DNA of 64,000 nt from Nitrospirales bacterium (GTDB lineage: Bacteria; Nitrospirota; Nitrospiria; Nitrospirales; UBA8639), in assembly GCA_965203295.1 (NCBI GenBank), contig CBDBCZ010000019.1, positions 1,120,001 through 1,184,000 of the forward strand. Direction: 5' to 3'. Each line of letters opens with the position of its first letter. Positions within the stretch are counted from its first letter, which is position 1. Shown here piece after piece: positions 51,968 to 62,376 of the stretch. A program made the position numbers and the translations under genes. Under the pieces are notes generated by a model, which searched no databases, had not been told where the DNA came from, and saw nothing but the letters and a program-made list of their open reading frames with translations.

Positions 51968-52906
51968 TCAGTTGGGTATGGCCTTTTGTGCTAATAGACG
52001 AGCTGTGATAGCCGACTCACCGTTGTGAATCGTGGGGTGTGGGGCTTCGTCGTAGTGCAAAATCCATAATCCTTTGGAACGTTCCAAGAGTTCATTATGG
52101 GCCAAACAAAACTTCTTTCTGCGAGGATGTTGATACAGATGGTGATTATCGATAAGAAACGTTTCGTACATCAGGACTCCCCCTGGTTTCAAGGCTTGCA
52201 GTAAACGGCTGAACAAAGGGCGAAAGAGATAAAAAAAGACAAGGACCACATCAAATTCTTCATTTCCGAGAACAGGTGGGCTGGTCGGATGGGTTTCAAG
52301 GTCCATGATTTGTGTTGAGAGTTGCGAGAACCCCTTCTCACGGGCGACCGTGTTTAAGGTAGAAAGAGCGGCTTCGTCGCGATCCAAACAGATGACCGAA
52401 TGTCCATGGTTGGCCAGATAAAGAGCATTTCGCCCACTCCCCGCGGCCACATCGAGAGCTTTGCCTTTTGGAAGGCGATGGAGGTAATCCACAAGGAATT
52501 GAGCTGGAACTGAAATTGAAGACGACACGTGGGAGGAGAACATTGCAGGGCGGGGTTTGGTTAATCGGACCCCTACTGTGCCTTTGACAAAGTCCAATGG
52601 AGGGGAAACTTTCCGTACCCAAATCTTCACTTGAGCAATGGGATATTCATTGAACAATTGATGAACCATACTGTCGGCCAAGGTTTCAACTAAGGCAAAT
52701 TCATTTTTCGTTCCAAAATGAACCACCGATGAAACAACTTCGGCATAGTCAACTGTTTGGGTAATATCATCTTGGGAAATGGCTTCTGCATGGGAACACT
52801 CAAGTTCCAGGTCGACCATAATAGGTTGAGGGGTCTGGCGTTCCGTCAGTGACACCCCGCAATATCCTTGAAATGTTATACCCTCAATGACTAAGGCGTC
52901 TCTCAT
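51968..52906 (-). CDS. folB: Dihydroneopterin aldolase fused to class I SAM methyltransferase
   Basis: N-terminal FolB (ERQTPQ, TVDYAEV, LVETLA); C-terminal LDVAAGSGRNALYLA, LKPGG. Confidence 0.82.
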   Translation of the reverse strand: MRDALVIEGITFQGYCGVSLTERQTPQPIMVDLELECSHAEAISQDDITQTVDYAEVVSSVVHFGTKNEFALVETLADSMVHQLFNEYPIAQVKIWVRKVSPPLDFVKGTVGVRLTKPRPAMFSSHVSSSISVPAQFLVDYLHRLPKGKALDVAAGSGRNALYLANHGHSVICLDRDEAALSTLNTVAREKGFSQLSTQIMDLETHPTSPPVLGNEEFDVVLVFFYLFRPLFSRLLQALKPGGVLMYETFLIDNHHLYQHPRRKKFCLAHNELLERSKGLWILHYDEAPHPTIHNGESAITARLLAQKAIPN

Positions 52907-52969
52907 AAGGCCATTCTCTTTGCCGTGAAAATGCCTGTCAAGAGAGAGAGAATTAGATAGATCCCTTGC

Positions 52970-52999
52970 TTGACGGGATTTTGAACTCCCACCTATAAT
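52970..52999 (+). promoter_or_regulatory. Sigma70-type promoter for moa operon
   Basis: TTGACG N18 TATAAT, 60 nt upstream of moaC. Confidence 0.6.
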
Positions 53000-53059
53000 G
53001 GCCCTCAACTCACGTTGGCTCTATTCAGAAGAGCCTGACTTCGTTAAAGAAAAGGTAAA

Positions 53060-53551
53060 GTGGCTGAATTCACGCATTTTAATGAATCAGGTCGGGCTCG
53101 AATGGTGGACGTTTCTGAAAAAGCTTCGACCGAACGGACGGCTGTTGCCCAGGGATGTGTGTTCATGCTTCCGGAAACGCTTCATCTCATTCAAAATGGG
53201 AAAATTTCCAAAGGTGATGTCTTGGCTGTTGCCCAGGTGGCGGGTGTGATGGGAGCCAAGCGTACGCCCGATCTCATCCCTATGTGTCATCCATTGATGA
53301 TTTCAAGTGTGAACATTGACTTTAAGGAAGATCCTCAGCCGGACCTCAACGGGAAATGTTCCATCACGATTTTTGCAACAGCGAAAACCACTGGCCCGAC
53401 AGGGGTTGAAATGGAGGCGATGACAGCCGTATCGGTAGCGGCTCTGACTATTTATGATATGTGCAAAGCCGTGGATAAGGGGATCAGTTTCGGCGACATC
53501 TTCCTAGTCGCTAAATCTGGTGGAAAATCAGGAGCCTATTCCCGATCATAG
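53060..53551 (+). CDS. moaC: Cyclic pyranopterin monophosphate synthase MoaC
   Basis: MVDVSEK, LIPMCHP, TGVEMEA, KSGGKSG. Confidence 0.97.
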   Translation: MAEFTHFNESGRARMVDVSEKASTERTAVAQGCVFMLPETLHLIQNGKISKGDVLAVAQVAGVMGAKRTPDLIPMCHPLMISSVNIDFKEDPQPDLNGKCSITIFATAKTTGPTGVEMEAMTAVSVAALTIYDMCKAVDKGISFGDIFLVAKSGGKSGAYSRS

Positions 53552-53667
53552 TCACCTGCCGATGACGTTTGGAACCCAAAGACGTTTTGACCCGTGATTG
53601 GCAGGAATGAGTAAGTGCTTGGGAGATCGCAAAAGTGGAAAATCTTACAGGAACGTCGTCAACAGGG

Positions 53668-53919
53668 ATGATCACCGTTAAATTATTTGGGATACTGAAA
53701 ACCCTCAGTGATCAATCTGGGACATTATCAGTTTGCTTAGAAGATGGGGCTCAGGTTCGACATTTAGTTGAAGCCTTACGGGCAGCCAATCCTCAACTGG
53801 GGGAGCTGCTTAGCCAAAAAAAAGTCGTGATCTCAGTCAATCAGGAAATTGCTCATCCTGACACTGAAATTTCACGTGCAGATGAAATTGCGCTCCTTCC
53901 GCCATTTGCGGGCGGCTAA
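53668..53919 (+). CDS. moaD: Molybdopterin synthase sulfur carrier
   Basis: DEIALLPPFAGG C-terminus. Confidence 0.92.
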   Translation: MITVKLFGILKTLSDQSGTLSVCLEDGAQVRHLVEALRAANPQLGELLSQKKVVISVNQEIAHPDTEISRADEIALLPPFAGG

Positions 53920-53939
53920 GGATACAGGGGGGAGACGGT

Positions 53940-54386
53940 ATGGCTACAATGGGAACAAAAGAAACCATGCTGGTGCGTGTGCAGCGAGAGAATTTTTCTA
54001 TCGATGAGGAATTGGACAGAGTCCGGCGTCGATCAAAACGCATTGGGGGAATCACCACGTTCCTTGGGACAGCCCGTGACCGATCAAAAGGACGAGATGT
54101 CAGTGGCATTACCTTTGAACATTACGAGGGGATGGCCCAGAAGAAACTCGGGGAAATTCGTGATCGTGCCCTTCAAGACTTTGATGTGATTGAAGTCTTG
54201 ATTCTACACCGATACGGACAAATCGAAATTGGAGAAAACATTGTCTTAATCGTTGTGGGGGCTGAACACCGCGCTGATGCCTTTAAGGCCTGTCAATGGT
54301 GCATTGATGAATTGAAACGAATCACGCCAATATGGAAGCTCGAGCAGACCCCAGATGGTGAAGTGTGGGTAGAGGAACATCCATGA
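53940..54386 (+). CDS. moaE: Molybdopterin synthase catalytic subunit
   Basis: EHYEGMA, HRYG, IDELKRITPIWKLE. Confidence 0.95.
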   Translation: MATMGTKETMLVRVQRENFSIDEELDRVRRRSKRIGGITTFLGTARDRSKGRDVSGITFEHYEGMAQKKLGEIRDRALQDFDVIEVLILHRYGQIEIGENIVLIVVGAEHRADAFKACQWCIDELKRITPIWKLEQTPDGEVWVEEHP

Positions 54387-55444
54387 AGACTGTCCCATCA
54401 GGCCACGACACCTCCGACGTCCTGGATACGTTTGGACGGCCACTCAAAAGCCTTCGGTTATCGGTGACTGATCGGTGTAACTTGCGTTGTAAATATTGTA
54501 TGCCTGAAGAGGAATACACGTGGTTGCCGCGGGAGACTCTTCTCACCTTTGAAGAAATTGAGAAGCTTATCCTCATCTTTTCTCAGATTGGAGTCGACAA
54601 GCTGCGTTTGACGGGTGGTGAACCGCTGCTTCGAAGGGATCTGCCTGTCCTCATTCAATTGCTCAAACGCAACGGTCGGATCAAAGATATTGCCTTAACG
54701 ACGAATGGGATCTTGTTGGAAGAGCAGGCCGATGAACTGTATCAATCTGGGTTAAATCGAATTACAGTCAGTTTGGATACGTTGAAACCCGATCGATTCA
54801 AGATGCTAACCCGGCGTGAGACGTTCGATCGCGTGAAAGCGGGCATCGCTGCTGTCAACAAAGTTGGATTTGAAGGATTAAAGCTGGATACCGTGGCTCT
54901 GCGTGGTTTCAACGAAGATGAGCTGGCCGATTTAATTGAATATGGAAAGTCGGTGGATGCCGAAGTCCGGTTTATCGAATATATGGATGTGGGTGGTGCG
55001 AATGATTGGTCCATGGACAAGGTGCTCTCCCAGGCAGACATCTTACTTTCCCTCACGCAACGATATGGACCTATCGAACCTATGGAAGAGAGGGGGGCTG
55101 CGCCGGCCCAGCGGTTTCTCATGCAAGATGGAACCACCTTCGGAATTATTCCCTCGACGACCTCTCCCTTTTGTGCAGCGTGTGACCGGTGTCGTTTGAC
55201 GGCTGATGGGTTATGGTTTCTCTGTCTCTATGCGAAAACCGGGACTGACTTACGGCAACCTCTGCGAGCCGGGGCCTCCTTGGAACATATGAAGAGTCTC
55301 ATCTGCTCTGGATGGAATGAACGCCTCGACAGAGGAGCGGAGGAACGGAAAGCCTTGGAGGCTCTGAATAATCGTGGGCGGTTCATTGAGATTGAAAACC
55401 TTCGCAAGGATCCGCACCTCGAAATGCATGCCCGTGGTGGTTAG
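54383..55444 (+). CDS. moaA: GTP 3',8-cyclase MoaA
   Basis: TDRCNLRCKYCM radical SAM motif, second Cys cluster, C-terminal GG. Confidence 0.97.
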   Translation: MKTVPSGHDTSDVLDTFGRPLKSLRLSVTDRCNLRCKYCMPEEEYTWLPRETLLTFEEIEKLILIFSQIGVDKLRLTGGEPLLRRDLPVLIQLLKRNGRIKDIALTTNGILLEEQADELYQSGLNRITVSLDTLKPDRFKMLTRRETFDRVKAGIAAVNKVGFEGLKLDTVALRGFNEDELADLIEYGKSVDAEVRFIEYMDVGGANDWSMDKVLSQADILLSLTQRYGPIEPMEERGAAPAQRFLMQDGTTFGIIPSTTSPFCAACDRCRLTADGLWFLCLYAKTGTDLRQPLRAGASLEHMKSLICSGWNERLDRGAEERKALEALNNRGRFIEIENLRKDPHLEMHARGG

Positions 55445-55571
55445 ACGATTCACTTCATTTTGAGGAGAATTTCGCCTTCAACCATTGATCTCATTGTCCT
55501 TCCGACAACCTTAGTGGATTGATTGTTCTATTTCATCTCAATGCCATCGTCAGTCACCCTAATCGATCCCT

Positions 55572-55766
55572 GCAGGTTGTTAAAAAACTTCGCGCTTCCC
55601 CAAACTCCATTGTTCATAAGACTGCAGAGGCCTGCTGAGGCGTGGGACAACCTATGTCAGTAACCCCATCGATTAAGTCAATGGAGGCGAAGTAGCAGAG
55701 ACATCATGGTGGTGCGCTCTATCATGAACAGAGAGAAACACGAGGGGGGCTTTTTTGATACGTTGC
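55572..55766. repeat. Degenerate MITE-like intergenic element
   Basis: GCAGGTTGTTAAAAAA ... TTTTTTGATACGTTGC imperfect terminal inverted repeats; no ORF. Confidence 0.45.
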
Positions 55767-55801
55767 GAGGATATTAACACTCATCAGAGGGACGGGAATC
55801 C

Positions 55802-56647
55802 ATGGCGTGGTTTAAAAAACGCAAGGTGACGGAGAAAGAGAGAGGGAAACTCAACATTGTGGAGGGCATGTGGCTCAAGTGTAGCCTTTGCCGCACCATC
55901 ATGTATGGGAAGGAAGTCGAGAACAATTATAAAGTGTGCACAAAATGTGGCTATCATTTTCCCATTTCTGTCGAGGAGCGAATTGATCTCCTTTTTGATC
56001 GCAATACATTCGATGAGTGGGATGAGGATTTAGAGCCAGATGATCCTTTAAGTTTTACAGATACGCAACGCTACACATTGCGGATCAAAACTGTTCAGGA
56101 AAAGACCGGAAGAAAGGACGCCATCGTTATTGGTCAGGGAAGCATGAATGAACAATCTGTGGTGTTGGGGGCATTTGACTTTCGGTTTATGGGTGGGAGT
56201 ATGGGGTCAGTGGTTGGAGAAAAGATTTGTCGGGCATCTGAGCAGGCTCTGGAAAGGCAAATCCCCTTTCTTCTCGTGACGACATCTGGTGGAGCGCGAA
56301 TGCAAGAGGGGATCCTCTCCTTGATGCAAATGGCCAAAACCGCTGCCGCGTTAGCGAAGCTTGATGAGGCACGTATTCCGTTCTTGTCCCTTCTCACTGA
56401 TCCGACCTTTGGTGGAGTGACGGCGAGTGTGGCTATGTTGGGGGATATTATCTTGGCTGAACCGAAAGCCCTTATTGGTTTTGCGGGACCTCGTGTGATT
56501 GAACAGACCATCAAACAACGACTTCCTGAAGGTTTTCAACGTGCGGAGTTTTTACTCGAACATGGGATGATTGATATCATTGTGCCTCGTCGGCAACTGA
56601 AAGATACGATTAGTTCTCTATTTAATCGCCTCTCATCTCCAGTCTAG
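55802..56647 (+). CDS. accD: Acetyl-CoA carboxylase carboxyltransferase beta
   Basis: C4 zinc finger, GGSMGSVVGE, GGARMQE, GFAGPRVI. Confidence 0.97.
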   Translation: MAWFKKRKVTEKERGKLNIVEGMWLKCSLCRTIMYGKEVENNYKVCTKCGYHFPISVEERIDLLFDRNTFDEWDEDLEPDDPLSFTDTQRYTLRIKTVQEKTGRKDAIVIGQGSMNEQSVVLGAFDFRFMGGSMGSVVGEKICRASEQALERQIPFLLVTTSGGARMQEGILSLMQMAKTAAALAKLDEARIPFLSLLTDPTFGGVTASVAMLGDIILAEPKALIGFAGPRVIEQTIKQRLPEGFQRAEFLLEHGMIDIIVPRRQLKDTISSLFNRLSSPV

Positions 56648-56827
56648 AAAGTTGAGGGCTTAGGAGCTTCATCCTCTCGTGGCGAATCAATAGGAATTGG
56701 CCTTCATGTACCCGTGATTCAGACTCATGCTGAATCAATCAAGGCTGTCTGAAAGTCACAGTTGTTGCGAGGGTTTCTGGGGTTAGTACATTTTTTAAAG
56801 GAGTTCACGCTGAGAGAAAAGTCGAAG

Positions 56828-58141
56828 GTGCTGAAGTCTTCAACCTACCAAACAGCCATCGAATTCCTTTTCGGGCTGCAAAAACATGGGATCAAGCTTG
56901 GCTTGGAGACGATGAGCACCATGCTTGCCAGGCTGAATAACCCACACCAGCAATTTCCTTCCCTTCATATTGGTGGGACCAACGGAAAAGGTTCCACGGC
57001 TGCGATGGTGTCGACTCTCCTGGAAGCAAGCGGATATCGAGTCGGATTATATACATCCCCTCATTTGATTGATTTTCGAGAGCGATTTCGAATCCAAGGA
57101 CAACCCATCTCAGAGGAGCGCGTATTGGAATTAATTGTCAAAGTGAATCGCGCCATCCCCTCCCATTACTCCCTCACATTTTTTGAGTATGCGACCATCA
57201 TGGCTTTTCAATATTTTGCAGAAGAAAAGGTGGAGATGGCGGTGGTTGAAGTCGGAATGGGAGGGCGTTTGGATGCCACAAATGTCCTGCATCCCATGGG
57301 AGTCGTGATCACGAATGTGTCTTTTGACCACCAGGAGTTTCTCGGAAAGTCGCTTTCAGCTATTGCTTATGAAAAAGCCGGAATCATAAAAAAAGATATT
57401 CCCTTGATTGTCGGTTCGATCCCAACGGAAGCCAAGGAGGTCATCGATCGTCAGGCTGAAGAAAACGGAGTTCCATACGCTCGATTAGGCAGAGAGTTTC
57501 AGGTGACTCCGGTCTCATTCCATCATTTCGACTTTCATGGGTTGGCACATTCCTGGACAAATCTACCTTGCTCCTTGTCGGGATATCATCAGTTTTTAAA
57601 CGCGGGCTGCGCATTGGCCCTCCTGGAGAGTTTACATAGGCATGGGATCGACGTATCTGAAGATGTCGTACGGGGATCTTTGGGCAAAGTAGTCTGGGAG
57701 GGGCGTTTGGAGGTTCTTGGGCAAGCTCCCCTGGTTTTGTTAGATGGGGCGCATAACCCGGCTGCCGCTACCTTTCTTGCCGAATATTTGACACACTTGA
57801 GAACGTCTCAACCTATCGGCAGTATCATTTTGATCGTTGGGATGTTAGAAGATAAAGATCATCAGGCATTTCTGGCGGAAGTGTTGCCGGTCGTAGATCA
57901 CGTGATTCTCACTCACATCCGACAACCTCATAGCGCAACCATTCAGAAGTTACGATCGGAGCTTGGTCAATATTCGCATGCAGAGAAAGTCTCCTCCTTT
58001 TCTTGTATCGAGGAGGCCTGGAATTTCGCGAACCAGTTAGCAACGAAGCATGATGTGATATGTGTGACGGGATCTCTTTTCCTTGTTGGGGAACTGAAGA
58101 GTCTATTGGGTTCTTTCCCTCTCCAAACGGTGCGTGGATAG
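56828..58141 (+). CDS. folC: Folylpolyglutamate/dihydrofolate synthase
   Basis: GTNGKGS, TSPHL, EVGMGGRLDATN, DGAHN. Confidence 0.96.
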   Translation: MLKSSTYQTAIEFLFGLQKHGIKLGLETMSTMLARLNNPHQQFPSLHIGGTNGKGSTAAMVSTLLEASGYRVGLYTSPHLIDFRERFRIQGQPISEERVLELIVKVNRAIPSHYSLTFFEYATIMAFQYFAEEKVEMAVVEVGMGGRLDATNVLHPMGVVITNVSFDHQEFLGKSLSAIAYEKAGIIKKDIPLIVGSIPTEAKEVIDRQAEENGVPYARLGREFQVTPVSFHHFDFHGLAHSWTNLPCSLSGYHQFLNAGCALALLESLHRHGIDVSEDVVRGSLGKVVWEGRLEVLGQAPLVLLDGAHNPAAATFLAEYLTHLRTSQPIGSIILIVGMLEDKDHQAFLAEVLPVVDHVILTHIRQPHSATIQKLRSELGQYSHAEKVSSFSCIEEAWNFANQLATKHDVICVTGSLFLVGELKSLLGSFPLQTVRG

Positions 58142-60395
58142 CATGAAGTCTCGCTGCCTAGGCTTTTGTTTTCGTCTCTGCTTGTTGTTGATGTTTGTCG
58201 CATGGTCCCTGAGTCCTTATCAGATTTTTGCGCAGCTCGCTATTCCCGTCGCAGAGTCAAGTGGATCCGGAAAATCGGCTCCTCTTCATATTTCTGCCGA
58301 TCAAATTAAAGTCAACCAAATCAACGAGGTCTATGAGGCTCAAGGGTCAGTTGTCGTTGAACAGGGCCCGTTTCGGTTGACCGCGGAAGAAGCGACCCTT
58401 CACCAATTATCGGGAAAGCTGACCGCCGTGGGCCGGGTTCATTTACGGGATAAGATTTCCGAGGTGTGGAGTGAACAGTTGGAGTTGAATGTCAACACGG
58501 AAGCTGGAGTGATTACCAACGGAACCCTTCATGGCCGGGAAACCAATACTTGGTTACAAGGACGGTTGTTGCAGCGTTTTTCAGAAACCCACTACAGGGG
58601 CAAGGATGGGGTTTTTACGAATTGTGATGCGGATGATGGGCAAATCCCGGATTGGAGTTTTTCATTTAAAGATGTCGATCTGCAACAGCAAGAGAGTGTG
58701 TACGCTGAGGGAGTATGGTTTAGAATCAGAGACCAACTCCTCATTCCTTTTCCTGCCCTTCGATATCCGATGCCTGGAGTGCGAAAGACAGGATTCTTGG
58801 TCCCAACTGTTGCGTTCAATAATGAGTTTGGGTTCATCTACCGGCAAGGATTCTTTTGGGCCCTTTCGCCTAGTCAGGATCTCACCATCACCCCTCAAAT
58901 TTTGACGGAACGTGGATACGGAGGCGATGTGGAGTACCGATATATCTTGAGTCGTAAGGCCAAGGGGAATTGGCTTGTCCGTACGCTGAACGATACAGAA
59001 GTCGATCGGGTACGAGCGCTCATCACTGGCTCACATGTCCACCAGTTCAATCCGGACCTTTCAGTTCGTGCGAAAGTCAACTATGTCACTGATCGGACGG
59101 TATTCCAAGATTTAAGTAATTCTGGAGCATTTCGTGCTCTTCCGAGCCAAGAGTCCGTTCTGAACATCAATCAACGTCTTCGAACTGGTAGTGCGTATCT
59201 CATGGCGCAATATCTTCAACCGTTGGAATCTGGTGGGCAGACGACGTTTCAACGTTTGCCGGAGTTGGGCCATCGATTCAGAAGTTCCCCATTCTTTGGA
59301 GAGACCTTAGTGGTGGGCATGGATTCCACATTCGTTCACTTTGCCAGAGAAGAAGGGTTTGATGTGACTCGTATCGATTTATTTCCAGGCATTTCAACTC
59401 AGGGCCTTCATGCCTGGAACGTCGTTGGGTTGACGCCTCAATTCAAATTGCTCGAGGTTATTTATTCTCATGGTCGGGATTCGAGTCAGGACAATTGGAG
59501 AGATCGGGGGACATACTGGGCGGGCTTTGAAGCCTCTTCCAATTTGTCTAAACGATTTCGTTTGGAGGGGCAGAGAAGTCTCCGTCATACCATTGAGCCG
59601 AAATTGTTCTATGAATATGTGCCCTCCACGGAGCAGGACGATTTAGTCCAAATTGATGCCACAGACGATCTTATCAAGAAAAATTTGCTGACCTATTCTT
59701 TAAGTTCCCGACTACAAGAACACTCCAAAGGCGGGAGTATGACCTTGTTTGACCTTTTCCTGGCTCAAAGCTACCACCTGTCAAGTGCGCCAGGTGACGC
59801 TTCTATCTTTTCCAATATATGGGGACGTGCCACGGGAACTCTTCCTGTGAAGATGAGGGGCCCTCTGACTCAGATATCGCTTACCGTGGATTCTTACATT
59901 GATCCGGGAGACGCTGAATTCAGCCAATTTAATTCAGATCTTCGTCTCCAAGCCGGTGAGAATTGGTACCTCACGGTCGGTCAACGCTATACACGCTCAG
60001 GATTGGTTCCTCGTCGAGGGGATATTTGGAATCCCATTTCATTTAATGAAGTCTTGGCGCCTCAAGCTGAGATCAATTTTTTTACGTTCAGTGGCGCGAT
60101 TCGGATGACGAATGATTTGACGATCGGAACGAAAGTGTATCGCGACTTTGACGCGGGTGTAACCTCTGAGTGGGACCTGGTGGGGTTATATCAAAATCCT
60201 TGCCGTTGTTGGTCATTTGGTGTGTATTACCAACAATTGGGCGGCACGGACGAGGTGGAACAACGTAACCAATTTAATTTTGTGTTGACCTTCAGAGGCA
60301 TAGGGGCGACTCCTGGCTTAGGCACCCAACTCCTTCAAGATCTGCTCGGCCCGCTCTTGGGTGATGAACACGGCGTGCCATGGAGTCCGCGATAA
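58134..60395 (+). CDS. lptD: LPS-assembly protein LptD
   Basis: Signal peptide, OstA-like N-domain, FTNC, RKTGFLVP, C-terminal barrel with CRCW. Confidence 0.9.
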   Translation: MDSMKSRCLGFCFRLCLLLMFVAWSLSPYQIFAQLAIPVAESSGSGKSAPLHISADQIKVNQINEVYEAQGSVVVEQGPFRLTAEEATLHQLSGKLTAVGRVHLRDKISEVWSEQLELNVNTEAGVITNGTLHGRETNTWLQGRLLQRFSETHYRGKDGVFTNCDADDGQIPDWSFSFKDVDLQQQESVYAEGVWFRIRDQLLIPFPALRYPMPGVRKTGFLVPTVAFNNEFGFIYRQGFFWALSPSQDLTITPQILTERGYGGDVEYRYILSRKAKGNWLVRTLNDTEVDRVRALITGSHVHQFNPDLSVRAKVNYVTDRTVFQDLSNSGAFRALPSQESVLNINQRLRTGSAYLMAQYLQPLESGGQTTFQRLPELGHRFRSSPFFGETLVVGMDSTFVHFAREEGFDVTRIDLFPGISTQGLHAWNVVGLTPQFKLLEVIYSHGRDSSQDNWRDRGTYWAGFEASSNLSKRFRLEGQRSLRHTIEPKLFYEYVPSTEQDDLVQIDATDDLIKKNLLTYSLSSRLQEHSKGGSMTLFDLFLAQSYHLSSAPGDASIFSNIWGRATGTLPVKMRGPLTQISLTVDSYIDPGDAEFSQFNSDLRLQAGENWYLTVGQRYTRSGLVPRRGDIWNPISFNEVLAPQAEINFFTFSGAIRMTNDLTIGTKVYRDFDAGVTSEWDLVGLYQNPCRCWSFGVYYQQLGGTDEVEQRNQFNFVLTFRGIGATPGLGTQLLQDLLGPLLGDEHGVPWSPR

Positions 60396-60428
60396 GATGT
60401 GCGAATTTCCGAAAAAAAAGAGAGAAAT

Positions 60429-61832
60429 TTACCTGGCCAGAGCCTTTTGGGTCGCTTGAGCTACAGCTGAGTCGGTCAGGTGGTCTTGGGTAAAAATCCG
60501 TAATTGGACCATATGGGCCGGTAGGTAATTAAAGAATTCCTTGAGTTTCTCTTTTTCCACTCTGTTGGTTGCCGGATCAAACACGAAGATTTGAAAGTTC
60601 CCCATGTTGAGTAGATTAAGCGGACGGGGATCTTTGCTGGCCAAATCAATTCGAAATGCCAATTGTTTTAGGTTCTTGGGAAGTGCCTTCCGAATACGGA
60701 TTTCCAGTGCCTGAGGGTCAATGGCCTGTCCTGTTTTGAGAGGACTCCAGGTCGGCAATAATTCAGTATAAGCGAGTTTCCACTTCACGTGGCGGCCCAA
60801 GATTTTTCCCCATTCTTCCCCCAGCCGCTGTTTTCTGGGATTTCGGTCCTTCGTCCATAAGCGTACGGCTTCAATTAATGAGCAGTCCGTCAAGGCGAGA
60901 TACTGATCCATATCATCAAGAGGATTATGAGGAAAAAGATATTCCATGGTGTCATGAAAGATTTCTAACAAATGCAGATCTATTGCCCTGGTCGTTCGAT
61001 GGTAGTAGACATTGGAGTAGAGATAGAGTCTGGCATTTAGAAACATTTGAAAAGCAGGGAGGCCTGTTCGATGAATCGTGAGCCCCTTCTGTGTAAAGAG
61101 GGAATAGTGAATAAGCCGAGTGATATCGACTGGTCCCACCGCGACCCCACACATATAGGAATCACGTAACACATAATCAAAGTTGTCTGCCGTAAAGATG
61201 CCTCCGATGATAGGCTGAAGCACGGTGAGCCAGCTGGGATATGACCGCGAGGGTTTGTGAGGATCTTTGAGGATCAGGAACGCGACATGTTCAGGATTGA
61301 GTTTTTCACCTGGAGAAAAAGGACCGGAAGGACTCCTTTGTATTCTTTGGATAAGAGGGCCTAGTTGGTCCTGAATGATGACTTGGCCTATCCGTTCGTG
61401 GGTCAATTCAAATGCCTTGAGAAAATGGTGGTCAAAAAAGTGACAAAATGGCCCATGCCCAATGTCATGGAGGAGAGCTGTGACGCGAAGCAGTTCTTCG
61501 ATATAGGGCCCTGAAGGAAGACTGGGAACAGTTTGTGCCAGTGTAGGATAGAGATGTTTCGCCAATCGACCGGCCAGATGCATCGCTCCCAATGAATGTT
61601 GAAACCGGCTGTGCTCGGCAGACGGATAGACCCAGCGTGCACTTTGAAGTTGATAGATGGAGCGTAAGCGCTGCATCCATGAGGAGTCGATCAGATCCTT
61701 TTCTGTCGTTTCGTGGCGGACGGGTGGAGAAGAAGGGACAGTAAAGTTGATGTATTGGTGAATGGGGTCGGCAATGAGTGAAAGGCCGTTATAGGGTGGA
61801 TGGAGTTCGGATCGTTGGAGGGTCATATGCAA
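60429..61832 (-). CDS. HD-domain phosphohydrolase (dNTPase/SAMHD1-like)
   Basis: DPIH, QRLR.IYQL, HSRFQHSLG, LLHDIGHGPF.H, DYVLRD. Confidence 0.92.
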   Translation of the reverse strand: MHMTLQRSELHPPYNGLSLIADPIHQYINFTVPSSPPVRHETTEKDLIDSSWMQRLRSIYQLQSARWVYPSAEHSRFQHSLGAMHLAGRLAKHLYPTLAQTVPSLPSGPYIEELLRVTALLHDIGHGPFCHFFDHHFLKAFELTHERIGQVIIQDQLGPLIQRIQRSPSGPFSPGEKLNPEHVAFLILKDPHKPSRSYPSWLTVLQPIIGGIFTADNFDYVLRDSYMCGVAVGPVDITRLIHYSLFTQKGLTIHRTGLPAFQMFLNARLYLYSNVYYHRTTRAIDLHLLEIFHDTMEYLFPHNPLDDMDQYLALTDCSLIEAVRLWTKDRNPRKQRLGEEWGKILGRHVKWKLAYTELLPTWSPLKTGQAIDPQALEIRIRKALPKNLKQLAFRIDLASKDPRPLNLLNMGNFQIFVFDPATNRVEKEKLKEFFNYLPAHMVQLRIFTQDHLTDSAVAQATQKALAR

Positions 61833-61901
61833 TAAGTTTTGGGCGAATCATACTCAAGCCGAAATGTTTCGACAACCTCACCAATCTCCGAACCTCCGAC
61901 G

Positions 61902-62369
61902 TCAGACTGCTTGATTTTTTCGGTACCGCGAAACAGCAATAAAGGCGAGTGGATACGCAAGAAGAGCCCCTGCGACACTCAGAGCCAATCCACCAACAGC
62001 AAAGGGTAACAGGTAGGGGAGTGCGATGTTGCCAATATTGTCTATCGTGAATTCATCCCAATTCAGCGGAAGGGTGTTTGATGTTCCCAGGAGATGGAAG
62101 CCTGTCCATAGCGTCATGGCAAGAATTGGGGCGATGGTCCATGGATTATTGACAAGTGCGCCTAAAAATACCGCTAAAAAATTAAGCCGGAAAATCCAAG
62201 CACAGAACACCGCTGAAAGAGTATGAAGTCCGTAGGTCGGGCTAAAAGCAATAAAAACTCCAATGGCAAAGGCGAGGGCCGTTCGATGAGGTGATTCCTT
62301 GAGATGTAAAACCTGGATGAGTTGTGAATGAAACTTCTCTCGCGAAAACATGCGGGTTGAGAATTTCAT
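61902..62369 (-). CDS. DUF2062 membrane protein
   Basis: SPHRTALAFAIGVF, NNPWT. Confidence 0.88.
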   Translation of the reverse strand: MKFSTRMFSREKFHSQLIQVLHLKESPHRTALAFAIGVFIAFSPTYGLHTLSAVFCAWIFRLNFLAVFLGALVNNPWTIAPILAMTLWTGFHLLGTSNTLPLNWDEFTIDNIGNIALPYLLPFAVGGLALSVAGALLAYPLAFIAVSRYRKNQAV

Positions 62370-62376
62370 GATGGAA

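Noticed and set aside
53000..53059. Moco riboswitch upstream of moaC
   Set aside because: The leader after the predicted -10 is only ~55 nt with a single small hairpin, too short for the motif.
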